64,000 bases of DNA, taken from contig JAKSCO010000347.1 in the NCBI GenBank assembly GCA_022360575.1, positions 8,786-72,785 of the forward strand, given 5' to 3'. Shown piece after piece: positions 10,601-18,707 of this stretch. Under the pieces are notes generated by a model that made no database searches, was not told where the DNA came from, and saw nothing but the letters and a program-made list of their open reading frames with translations. The translations under genes were made by a program, and so were the position numbers. Source of the DNA: Bacteroidales bacterium (lineage in GTDB: Bacteria > Bacteroidota > Bacteroidia > Bacteroidales > UBA12077). The first letter of the stretch is position 1, and the number at the start of each line of letters is the position of its first letter.

Positions 10601-11027
10601 AAGCTGTACCTAAACTCGTTCCTTTAATTTTGATGTTTACTCCAGGTAAAGTTTCACCTCTTTCACTTGTAATTACTCCCGAAATAATTCGTTCTTTTTT
10701 TATCTCTTGTGCTTTTCTAGAGCGTTTGTGTATTATTACATAGTCTTTTTCTATCGTAGAAATTAAAGGGGTTTTTTCTAAAACTATGTTTAATGCTTTT
10801 TGTAAACTTTTGTTCTGAAAATTTAGGCTAATTTTTTTATCATAATCAAAATCTTCATCGCTGTAAATAATAATTTTTCCAGATTGTTGTTTTATGTTAA
10901 CAAAAGCTTCTTTGTAACTAATATTTTCTGATTTAATGGTAATCTTCACTTGTTCAACCGAAAACGATTGTAGAGAAATTAACATTATCACAAAAAATAC
11001 ACATTTGAATAAAACGTATCTTATCAT
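7692..11027 (-). CDS. SusC/RagA-type TonB-dependent transporter with an N-terminal STN signalling domain (trans-envelope signal transducer)
   Basis: 1111 aa. The STN-like N-terminus is ISYKEAFVNIKQQSGKIIIYSDEDFDYDKKISLNFQNKSLQKALNIVL. The carboxypeptidase-regulatory-like segment is ISGVITSERGETLPGVNIKIKGTSLGTASNQDGKFEI. The plug segment is IEVVKGAAASALYGSKAGNGVVVVTSK. The C-terminal barrel ends in F. Confidence 0.9.
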   Translation of the reverse strand: MIRYVLFKCVFFVIMLISLQSFSVEQVKITIKSENISYKEAFVNIKQQSGKIIIYSDEDFDYDKKISLNFQNKSLQKALNIVLEKTPLISTIEKDYVIIHKRSRKAQEIKKERIISGVITSERGETLPGVNIKIKGTSLGTASNQDGKFEITTNIGDYLVFSFIGYKTQEVRIGTDKTLTIILKEDCIVLDQIIISGVASGTERKKMSVSVAKITTSDLVQVPQSSISSSLQGKLAGVTVTSGSGTPGSGSSITLRGATSLTGNQAPMILVDGMIMQGSLSDINVDDVESIEVVKGAAASALYGSKAGNGVVVVTSKRGARLKSNTTKITIRNEVGIQKVENTIDMAKYHPYLLANDWQTVDTYTKYASVTYPDNYVTGYNSEIEGNRILLPTRMMTQPYRVNNDIQKEMFDNGINYTNFVNVASKLDRTNIYMSFENHNSEGVLKETGGYERQSFRLNVDHAITPKIKIKASNNFILTENDMPGGGNNAFAQVVMMEPDVDLKRANDDGTPYNFAPNHWNQIVFNPLYELYNRSNKLEKTRFLANYELNWILTDWMTFKSSYGVESQDYRKKILTPKGMYTGIDTDGFIESPGYLDNYSSKILNENIRATLSFFKTWNELDFNARVSYLFEDSHFESAGGYGRGFDFEDFPSFVIIPDENSYFRTRVEDIKAENVFAIASFTFKDRYILDGLFRNDGSSLFGKDERRHNYYRISGAYRISEDIKIPGVKELKLRGAIGGSGQRPSFEMQYETYKKVAGVYEKNTLGNRELKPSQSQEIELGMDVSFLKRFYLEATYSKTTTSEQFLKVPLLVNQYGFAYQWRNAGELETKTFEAMLQANIIKTDNLQWDMRFTFDKTSSKITKLDFPEYRTGPQSSFYIKEGEAYGIMYGRKFVRSIQQMREQLSENDNISNYKLNSEGYVIRANSQGTKNETPILVKDKNGNPVTEKIGDINPDFRMGISSDLAYKNFNFHMLWKWKQGGDLYNSTAQKMVNHNRHPIMDQYGKAPEKMKTIDYYLGFYDSQSINEFWVEDGTYLRLAEASINYTFTKDNLGKLGQYVNGIKLGIIGKNLLTFTNYSGYDPEVTSSGYAFDNNGYPNFTTYSFSVGIEF

Positions 11028-11080
11028 TTTTCTTGTAAATTTTTATTTTAAGGATTAAACATAAGAGTGTTAGCTCTTTT

Positions 11081-12163
11081 TTACTTATTTGATAATATGT
11101 ATATATTATCCTTTTTTTCAATATGGATATTTAACGAAGTTTCGATGATACTAAACAATCGTTTTAACGAAGTAGATCTTTTCAATGAACCAGATAGTTT
11201 TCTTGCTCTTAATTCTTCTTTCGAAAATTCGAAGTTAATATTGTGCCATATTTCAATATATCTACATAATTTTTCTAACGAAATATTGTTAAATTCGATT
11301 AAATCTTTTGCCCAAATAGTATATAAATTAGAATCAACCATTGAAACTTTCATTTTATTACTATAACACACAGCTTGTTGTCCAGGATAAATTATTTCTT
11401 TATAATTCTTATTATTGATTTCGATACTCCCTTCGGTTAAAGTTACCATCAATTTTGAAGAATCGGCTTTTACATTAAAATGAGTGCCTAGTACTTTTAT
11501 ATTAGCTGTTTTTGTCTTAACAATAAAGGGTTTCTTATTTTTTGCTACTTTCAGAAATGCTTCTCCTACAAGAGTGATCTCTCTTTTTTCATTATCAAAT
11601 TTATTGAAGTAAGATAGTTCTGTAGATTTATTTAGCTCAATATTTGTCCCGTCAGAAAGAGATAGATTGAAGCCTTTGTCTTGAGGAGTTACTATTTTTA
11701 ATTCAATTATATCTGAATTCAATAGAGTATTATTTTTGAATTCTCCATATTCTGGATGATGAATATCTGTTTCTAAATTATATTTTAATCCATCAGGGAA
11801 CTCAACATAAACATTATTCTTATCAAAAGGAATACTAACATATTCTGTTTCTTGATGTAATATTAGAAAAATTGATGAAAGAAATATTATTGGTAATAAA
11901 ACTGCAGCAACTCTAGAGTATTTTCTAAAGAGCAAGTGAATTTTTTTGTCAACTGTTTTTGCTCTTAAACGATTCCACGATTTTTTTAGATCAATGTTAT
12001 TCTCTACCATTATTTCTTTCGAAGAAATATACATTTTTTTCATGGCTTCTAGTTCTTTTCTATTTTTCTTTGATCTTGAAGCCCATTTCTTAACTTTTAT
12101 GATTTCCTTATAATTAGCTTTTTGTTCGATATATCTTAATAACAGTATTCTATTTCTTTTCAT
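11081..12163 (-). CDS. FecR-family anti-sigma factor / transmembrane sensor
   Basis: The track ORF is 11081..12259. I prefer the ATG at 12163 (MKRNRILLLRYIEQKANYKE...) because the 32 residues upstream look non-native. It has a single TM helix (AAVLLPIIFLSSIFLILH) and a FecR-like periplasmic part (GEAFLKVAKNKKPFIVKTKTANIKVLGTHFNV). It lies between the ECF sigma gene and the STN-SusC gene. Confidence 0.8.
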   Translation of the reverse strand: MKRNRILLLRYIEQKANYKEIIKVKKWASRSKKNRKELEAMKKMYISSKEIMVENNIDLKKSWNRLRAKTVDKKIHLLFRKYSRVAAVLLPIIFLSSIFLILHQETEYVSIPFDKNNVYVEFPDGLKYNLETDIHHPEYGEFKNNTLLNSDIIELKIVTPQDKGFNLSLSDGTNIELNKSTELSYFNKFDNEKREITLVGEAFLKVAKNKKPFIVKTKTANIKVLGTHFNVKADSSKLMVTLTEGSIEINNKNYKEIIYPGQQAVCYSNKMKVSMVDSNLYTIWAKDLIEFNNISLEKLCRYIEIWHNINFEFSKEELRARKLSGSLKRSTSLKRLFSIIETSLNIHIEKKDNIYILSNK

Positions 12164-12304
12164 TTCGGTTTGTTGAAAATTTGCGATTTTACTAAAACAT
12201 CTGCAGGAAGTAACTTTTCTACTAGTAATTTGTACAAATACAATCTTACTATGCATCAATTTTACTTTATACTATGACGAAGGAAAATAAAAAATGGGTG
12301 TTTC

Positions 12305-12856
12305 TTAGAAAGAAAAAAATGAAAGTAAATAAATAGTCATAAAATCAGTAGATCTTCTCAAGATTTTATAAGCTCTTGAAAGATTAGATTTTACTGTGTT
12401 TATAGATACATCAAATTTTTTTGCCACTTCTTTGTATTTCATATTGTTGAAAACAATAGCTTTAAAAACTTCTTTGGTTTTTGGAGGTAATTCTTCAATT
12501 TTTTTCTTTAAAAGTTGCACTTTTTCATCAATTTCTTTTTGGGAGTAATATTCGAAAGGATGAATAGTTTCATCAAATTCATCTACATATAAGGGTTTCT
12601 TCTTTCGAATATAGTCAATACAAGTATTTTTAGTACATACAAATAGGTAAGTTGATAGGTTTTTTATTGATACATATTCTTTGCGATTCCATATTTTGAT
12701 AAAAATATCTTGCACAATATCTTCTGCAACAAAAAGGGTGTCAACATATTTTATAGAAAAAATACAAAGAGGTTTATAATACTTCTTAAAAAGTTTATCA
12801 AACCCTCTTTTTTTTTTTGTCTCTAATTCTTTTATTATTTCTGCGTCTGTAATCAT
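12305..12856 (-). CDS. ECF-type RNA polymerase sigma-70 factor (Bacteroidota expansion type)
   Basis: 183 aa. The region 2-like segment is AEDIVQDIFIKIWN. The region 4 HTH is MKYKEVAKKFDVSINTVKSNLSRAYKILR. It lies directly upstream of the FecR gene. Confidence 0.85.
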   Translation of the reverse strand: MITDAEIIKELETKKKRGFDKLFKKYYKPLCIFSIKYVDTLFVAEDIVQDIFIKIWNRKEYVSIKNLSTYLFVCTKNTCIDYIRKKKPLYVDEFDETIHPFEYYSQKEIDEKVQLLKKKIEELPPKTKEVFKAIVFNNMKYKEVAKKFDVSINTVKSNLSRAYKILRRSTDFMTIYLLSFFSF

Positions 12857-13108
12857 TCTTTCTCTTGCTAAAGATGAAATAATTTTTTGATATTAATAAA
12901 TATTTTTAGGCATTTTATTTACTCTAAGTTTTGTTTTTATTAGGTTATTGTATTTGTAAACTGTATATAATTTTAGAACAAAAATTAATTTAATTATTAA
13001 TTAATAACTCTTAAGGAGGAGTGTTTTTTAGGTTTTATCTATTTTGTTTTGTCAAAAAATAACTTCCGAATAATTTTAAAAAACTACTTCATTGTTCTGT
13101 TTTTTTCT

Positions 13109-13151
13109 ACCAAAGGAACATTTTCACCACTCATTTTGATGTTCTTTTGGT
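13109..13151 (-). repeat. Dispersed intergenic element, copy 3 (part A only, reverse orientation) embedded in a 13-bp imperfect inverted repeat
   Basis: The reverse complement of 13127-13151 is accaaaagaacatcaaaatgagtgg, identical to 27099-27123. The segment 13109-13121 (accaaaggaacat) is an inverted partner of 13139-13151, with one G-U/mismatch position. Confidence 0.55.
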
Positions 13152-13300
13152 ATAATACCAATCTTTAATTCAATTAGAATATTAATATGCAAGAGTTTTT
13201 ATCTCAGATTATATTTTGAAATTCCAAAGCTTTCAATTTCTAGTTCGGTATCCTTCCCTAATCGAAATAAAAATTGATTATGAAAATCAACTAAATAATT

Positions 13301-16300
13301 TTAATCCTTTTTATTTTGTGCTCGTTTAATTTCATCTTTTATAATCTGTAATTGCTTTTTCTTGTTTACTTCGCGAAGATTACGTGCGGTTTTTGTAAAA
13401 TATTGATGATTTTTAATAAACTCGAATTGAATTTTATTCCATTCATATATAGAATCTATTTTATCTCTATCGGCAAGTTCTTTATATAGCGAAATTGAAA
13501 CAGGAACAAAATCGGTTCGTCCTAAATAATCTAAATCGGCATCGCACATAATTTCTTCTAATAGATTTTTCGGATTAGGAGGTAATTGTGTTACCTGAAT
13601 CAGATTACATATTTGTTCAATTTGTGCTTCGGAGTATTGATACTGAGGTAATATTTTTCGGGCAAGTTTAATTCCTTCTTCTTCGTGCGAGTCGTAATTT
13701 ACCAAATGTCCCATATCGTGGAATAAGGCTGCTGTTTTAAGTATTAAGATATCTTTATCGCTAACACCTTCGGCACGGCCAATTAATTCGACCTGAGTAA
13801 CAACATCAATAGTATGTTTTATATTATGATAATAAAGATTATCGGGTAAACCTTCTTCGAGTTTGCTTAAAATAAATTCCTCAACATCATTTACTCTAAG
13901 TAGTTGTAGGTTTGTGAAAAAATCTTCGTTAGGGAATTGCATTTCGGAGTTAATAGATAATTCAGGTTTGAATCCTTCGACAAAATACATATCTATTTCA
14001 CCTTTGTATTTTACTGGCATTTTTCCTCTATAAGTACAAATAAAGAAATCTTTAATAAGCATATAGGTATTCTCAGTGATGTTAATTTTCCCTGATTCGC
14101 TAGCCGCTTCCATTCTACTGGCAGTGTTAACAGTACCACCCCATATGTCATACGATATTTTGTTTTTCCCGAGTACCCCGGCAACAACAGGCCCAGTGTC
14201 GATGCCTATTCGTAAATCCCAAAACTCTTTAAATCTTTCATCAGCTTTTGATTTCAGATCCTTCATGAAGTTTTGCATTTCGAAAGCAGCTAAAACAACT
14301 TCAACTGGGTTAGTCCTGTTTTTGATAGGAATACCTCCAGCACACATATAAGCATCGCCAATGGTTTTTATTTTTTCGATATTATATTTTTCGACTACAG
14401 TATCAAATTGCAAAAAGAATTTGTCTAGTTCATCAATAAGATGCTCTGAATCCATTTGTTCCGAAACCTTAGTAAATCCTTGTATATCCGAAAACAATAC
14501 TGTAACCATGTTGTAATGATAAGGTCCTGCTTTGCGTCCCGATTTTAATTCGTTTGCAGTATTTTTTGGTAAAACTCGTTCGAGTAAGTTATCTGCTTTT
14601 TCTTTTTGTATAACAAGTTCTTCAGTGCGTTCGTGTATAATATTTTCTAAACGGAAACGTTCGAGAGCAAACCTATAAGCTCTCCAGCGTATTGTTATAA
14701 CAATAATGAATCCCAAGGTTATAAGGTATATGATATATGCAATAAACGAACGATAGTTTGGAGGTTTTATCTCAAACTTGTATTGTATAGAATTAGATAA
14801 TTGATTAAAAATGTTTTTTGATTTAACTTCGAATGTGTATTTGCCTTCAAACAAGTTTGTATATTCTTTTACATTTAAACTATTCCAATCAGACCAAGTA
14901 GAGTCATAACCTAGCAAACGATATTTATATCGAATCTGATCTTCGCTCTTATAATCGTTTGTCGAAAAAATAAATTTTAACGAATTATACTGATATTTTA
15001 TTTTGTAGCTTTTGTCTATAGCTTGTCTTTCCCCAAACGAAGAGGACATTATTAGCGAATCGTTGTTTAACAAGATCTTTTCGAAAAATAAATAAGGACT
15101 TTGTTTGGGTATGTTTTTAAAGTTTAAGTCTAATTTTATTAGAGCATCAAAACCTCCAAACCAAACTGTATTATTAGTGTCTAAGTGTATTGTATTTATA
15201 AAAAAATCTTTTATTCTGTTTAATGGTAATACACTAATAGCCTCAATCTGTTTTCTATTGTTGTTTATAATTAGAGGTTTGTTCTTTGTATTTTTCTTAT
15301 GAATAAGATTTATCCATAAATTCAGATGTTGATCTTCGACTATAGGATATATCCAATTTGTTTCATTACTGATATAGTTTATACTATCTTTTTCAAAAAT
15401 ATTTTTCTTTTGATTAAAAGAAAATACTCCTTTCGATGAAGAAAAAAGAGTTTTTTTTGTTAAAGAACTTAATTTTATCCAACTAGGATTCTCGGGTAGA
15501 GAATAGCTTTCAAGTTTATTCGTAATGATATTAATACGACTCAACGACTCATTATTTTTTACAATCCATATATGCTTATCATTATCTTCTGATATATCTG
15601 TAACTGTTGTTTTGTCTATATTAAATTTGTTTTCGATAATGATTGTTTCATTCGAAAAACGTATAGAACTTAATTTGTTTGAGTATCCTAAGTAGAATAA
15701 ATTAGGGTCTCTTTGCGAGTGTTTTACACATGTTATATTATTTAACCTATAAATGAGATTTACCTTATTTTTCCCAATTTCGTATATTCCATTATCCCCA
15801 AAAATAAATAAGCGATTATTAAAAATATGAAATTGATAACACTTGAAATTGAGACTGTCAATGGTTTCGAAAACAGGATTAACTTTCTTTTTATTATTTT
15901 CGGATAGATAAAAAACTCCTTGCGAAGTAGCAATGTATAAATCTTTATTGAAATGAGTTATAGCTAAAACATTCCCTTTTAAGCCATTTTTTTTATTGAA
16001 ATATTGGTATGCCGAAGGAATTTCGATACGACTAATCCCGTGATTGTGTAAAGCCCATAGATTATTTGATTGGTCAGCAAATAAATAATTTATTGATGAA
16101 TTAAGTAACCCCTGATTTTCATTTATGACTGAAATTACTTTCCCTTGTTTGTTTATAACTATTATTCCTGATAGTTTGGTTCCTATAGCATAATGTTTAT
16201 CACTTAAAATGCAGGCATGCGAAAATAAACCTTTATCGATAAAAGAATCGGCTTCTGTATTAAAGGGTTTTGTTCCTGTTTTATTCCACAAATAAAATAT

Positions 16301-17008
16301 TGACTTTTCTTTTATTTTAATTAAAATTCGATCATCGTATTCGAGTATTGCTTGGATTCTTTTCTTTTTAAAGAAATCAGAATTAGGTAAAGAAACTATT
16401 TTATCTCCAATAATTTTTTTGAAACCTATATTGTAGTTTGAAATATAAATTGCTTCCTTTACTTTAAACAGTTTAGTTTTTACTGAGAATTTGTTTAAGC
16501 AAATTAAATTTTCTCCTGTCCAGAAAAACAGACTATTATTAGCTGTAAAATAGACATAATTATCAATTGCTACTAATTCGTTAACTTGTCCGATATTATG
16601 TGATATTTTGAGTAGAGAAACAAAGGTGTTTTTTGTTAATGTTGATTTTATATATCCAAATTGATTTTTCCCTCCAATATAAATAGTTCCTTCTTTATTT
16701 ATAGTGAATTCAGGGTTCTTTATTTCATTAAATAAATTCCAATGTTTCGTATTGTATCGTAAGATCCCATTTGAATTCTTTATGTAAAGAATCCCTTTGT
16801 TATCTTGAGTTACAAAAAGATTATTGTTGTTTATCCCAAAATTATTAAGAACGATTTGTTCGATATAAAGACTGCCGATATTCTTGGCGTTTAGAAAATT
16901 AGGACTTGTAAAAACACTCACAATAAGAATCGTACAGAAAAAAATTGTACATTTACGAAGTTTTTCTCTAAATTGTATGTATTGTTTAAGAGGTGGTTTG
17001 TACTTCAT
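13301..17008 (-). CDS. Membrane sensor: periplasmic two-component-regulator-propeller repeats + Y_Y_Y domain, TM helix, class III adenylate cyclase domain, C-terminal HD phosphohydrolase domain
   Basis: 1235 aa. The N-terminal TM/signal is followed by about 600 aa of propeller-like repeats. The Y_Y_Y-type segment is IRYKYRLLGYDSTWSDW...GKYTFEVKSKN. The TM helix is FIAYIIYLITLGFIIVITI. The cyclase motifs are VTVLFSDIQGFT, KTIGDAYMCAGG and YDIWGGTVNTASRME. The HD motifs are YYHNIKHTIDV, AALFHDMGH and DADLDYLG. Confidence 0.85.
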   Translation of the reverse strand: MKYKPPLKQYIQFREKLRKCTIFFCTILIVSVFTSPNFLNAKNIGSLYIEQIVLNNFGINNNNLFVTQDNKGILYIKNSNGILRYNTKHWNLFNEIKNPEFTINKEGTIYIGGKNQFGYIKSTLTKNTFVSLLKISHNIGQVNELVAIDNYVYFTANNSLFFWTGENLICLNKFSVKTKLFKVKEAIYISNYNIGFKKIIGDKIVSLPNSDFFKKKRIQAILEYDDRILIKIKEKSIFYLWNKTGTKPFNTEADSFIDKGLFSHACILSDKHYAIGTKLSGIIVINKQGKVISVINENQGLLNSSINYLFADQSNNLWALHNHGISRIEIPSAYQYFNKKNGLKGNVLAITHFNKDLYIATSQGVFYLSENNKKKVNPVFETIDSLNFKCYQFHIFNNRLFIFGDNGIYEIGKNKVNLIYRLNNITCVKHSQRDPNLFYLGYSNKLSSIRFSNETIIIENKFNIDKTTVTDISEDNDKHIWIVKNNESLSRINIITNKLESYSLPENPSWIKLSSLTKKTLFSSSKGVFSFNQKKNIFEKDSINYISNETNWIYPIVEDQHLNLWINLIHKKNTKNKPLIINNNRKQIEAISVLPLNRIKDFFINTIHLDTNNTVWFGGFDALIKLDLNFKNIPKQSPYLFFEKILLNNDSLIMSSSFGERQAIDKSYKIKYQYNSLKFIFSTNDYKSEDQIRYKYRLLGYDSTWSDWNSLNVKEYTNLFEGKYTFEVKSKNIFNQLSNSIQYKFEIKPPNYRSFIAYIIYLITLGFIIVITIRWRAYRFALERFRLENIIHERTEELVIQKEKADNLLERVLPKNTANELKSGRKAGPYHYNMVTVLFSDIQGFTKVSEQMDSEHLIDELDKFFLQFDTVVEKYNIEKIKTIGDAYMCAGGIPIKNRTNPVEVVLAAFEMQNFMKDLKSKADERFKEFWDLRIGIDTGPVVAGVLGKNKISYDIWGGTVNTASRMEAASESGKINITENTYMLIKDFFICTYRGKMPVKYKGEIDMYFVEGFKPELSINSEMQFPNEDFFTNLQLLRVNDVEEFILSKLEEGLPDNLYYHNIKHTIDVVTQVELIGRAEGVSDKDILILKTAALFHDMGHLVNYDSHEEEGIKLARKILPQYQYSEAQIEQICNLIQVTQLPPNPKNLLEEIMCDADLDYLGRTDFVPVSISLYKELADRDKIDSIYEWNKIQFEFIKNHQYFTKTARNLREVNKKKQLQIIKDEIKRAQNKKD

Positions 17009-17068
17009 GTAATTTATATAAGATATTTTTCCTAGTCGAAGATATTGAAATTATATTAAAATTAAAGA

Positions 17069-17908
17069 ATGATAATGGCAAAGGATCATAACATTTTAAT
17101 TCCTTGGGATTTTACTCCAGTTGCAGAATATGCCTTATTACACGGATTTAAGTTCGCTCAAAAGGCTAAAAGTAAAAAAATAAGTTTAGTTCATATAATT
17201 AAGAATAGAAAAGAACAGACTAAGGCTCAAAAAAAGTTAGATTTAATAGCTTCGGAACATAGTGGCAGAAATGGAGTCGAAGTTGAGGCTATTGTGCGTA
17301 TAGGAAGTATTTTTACAACTATTGGAGAGGTTGCTACAGAATTAGATGCAGAATTAGTTATTATGGGTACTCATGGATTACGAGGTATGCAAAAATTAAC
17401 AGGAAGTTGGGCTTTGAAAGTTATAGTAAGTTCTAAAATTCCTTTTGTTGTTGTTCAAGAACCTCCAAACGAAACTGATTTTAAAGATATAGTATTTCCC
17501 ATAGATTTTAAAAGAGAAACCAAAGAAAAACTTAATTGGGTTACATATTTTTATAAATACTTTTCTCCTAAATTTCATATTATAAAACCCAATGTTACAG
17601 ATGTGGGTTTTCTTAAAAAGATTAAGGCAAATGTTGTTTTTGCTCGTAAATTTATGGATAGCAAAAAGGTCGAATATGAACTTCAGACAGTTGATGGGAA
17701 GAAGAACTTTGCTGTAGAGATAATGGATTATGCATCTACAATAAATGCAGATTTAATATTGATTTTATCAACTAAAAATATAGGCTTTACAGATTATATT
17801 ATCGGAGCGCAAGAACAATATATTATAGCAAATAGTTCTAAAATCCCGGTAATGGTTGTCAATCCTCGAGAGGATCTAACTAAATTTGCCAGCTTTCATA
17901 GGGTATAA
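17069..17908 (+). CDS. Tandem-domain universal stress protein (UspA family)
   Basis: 279 aa; the start could also be the ATG at 17075. The first domain contains ELVIMGTHGLRGMQKLTGSWALKVIVSSKIPFVVV. The second domain ends IANSSKIPVMVVNP. It is divergent from the cyclase gene, with a 60-nt spacer. Confidence 0.8.
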   Translation: MIMAKDHNILIPWDFTPVAEYALLHGFKFAQKAKSKKISLVHIIKNRKEQTKAQKKLDLIASEHSGRNGVEVEAIVRIGSIFTTIGEVATELDAELVIMGTHGLRGMQKLTGSWALKVIVSSKIPFVVVQEPPNETDFKDIVFPIDFKRETKEKLNWVTYFYKYFSPKFHIIKPNVTDVGFLKKIKANVVFARKFMDSKKVEYELQTVDGKKNFAVEIMDYASTINADLILILSTKNIGFTDYIIGAQEQYIIANSSKIPVMVVNPREDLTKFASFHRV

Positions 17909-17989
17909 ATAAAATAATTTAGGTTAATTTTTCTTAATTCATTTTTATGAATAGTAATTTTACCTTCGAATTTTTATAAAAATAAAACT

Positions 17990-18565
17990 ATGAAATTGGT
18001 ATTTGCTACAAATAATAGTCATAAGTTAGATGAAGTTCAGAATTTACTTAGCGACAAGATAGAGCTTTTAAGCTTAAATGATATAAAATGTTCTGAGGAT
18101 ATTCCTGAAGATTATGATACCTTAGAAGAGAATGCTCTACAAAAAGCGCGATATATTTCTAAAAAATATAGCATAAACTGCTTTGCTGATGATACAGGTC
18201 TCGAAATAGAATCGTTGCAAGGGAGACCTGGCGTTTTTTCAGCTCGATATGCAGGAGAATCAAAAGACTCTGAAGCGAATATGAATAAAGTTTTAGATGA
18301 ACTTAAAGGTATCGAGAATCGCAAGGCCAGATTTCGTACTGTTATTGCTCTAATTATAGATAATGAGGAATTTCTTTTTGAGGGAATTGTTAATGGACAG
18401 ATTCTCGTTAGCAAAACAGGAGAAGATGGTTTTGGGTATGATCCTATTTTTAAACCCGATAATTATTCTCAATCATTTGCTCAAATGTCTATTGATCTAA
18501 AAAATAAAATTAGTCATAGAGGAATAGCAACTCAAAAATTAATTAAATTCTTATTAAAACAATAG
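17990..18565 (+). CDS. rdgB: Non-canonical purine NTP pyrophosphatase (dITP/XTP pyrophosphatase, RdgB/HAM1 family)
   Basis: 191 aa. Motifs are [49 protein letters not shown] and SHRG. Confidence 0.9.
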   Translation: MKLVFATNNSHKLDEVQNLLSDKIELLSLNDIKCSEDIPEDYDTLEENALQKARYISKKYSINCFADDTGLEIESLQGRPGVFSARYAGESKDSEANMNKVLDELKGIENRKARFRTVIALIIDNEEFLFEGIVNGQILVSKTGEDGFGYDPIFKPDNYSQSFAQMSIDLKNKISHRGIATQKLIKFLLKQ

Positions 18566-18707
18566 CTAACAATATATCTTTGGGTTTTTAGTTTCTATTT
18601 GTAAAGTTTGTAAAATAATAACAAAAATATTTAAAGAATTAATAAGTATTAGTTTATACATTAGTACTTGTTTATTGCGGTTGAATTTTATTTGAATATA
18701 AAGAATT

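Noticed and set aside
12164-12259. N-terminal 32-aa extension of the FecR ORF given in the track (MMHSKIVFVQITSRKVTSCRCFSKIANFQQTE)
   Set aside because: The sequence looks non-native. The internal ATG at 12163 gives the usual FecR N-terminus and leaves a normal spacer after the sigma gene.
18112-18414. Antisense or alternate-frame ORFs of 90-101 aa embedded in well-supported genes (18112..18414, 20491..20793, 36377..36667, 46798..47103, 50404..50682, 60305..60589, 11067..11366 and many shorter ones in the track)
   Set aside because: Each is fully contained in a gene with strong motif evidence on the other strand or frame. They have low-complexity or atypical composition and no recognisable motifs.
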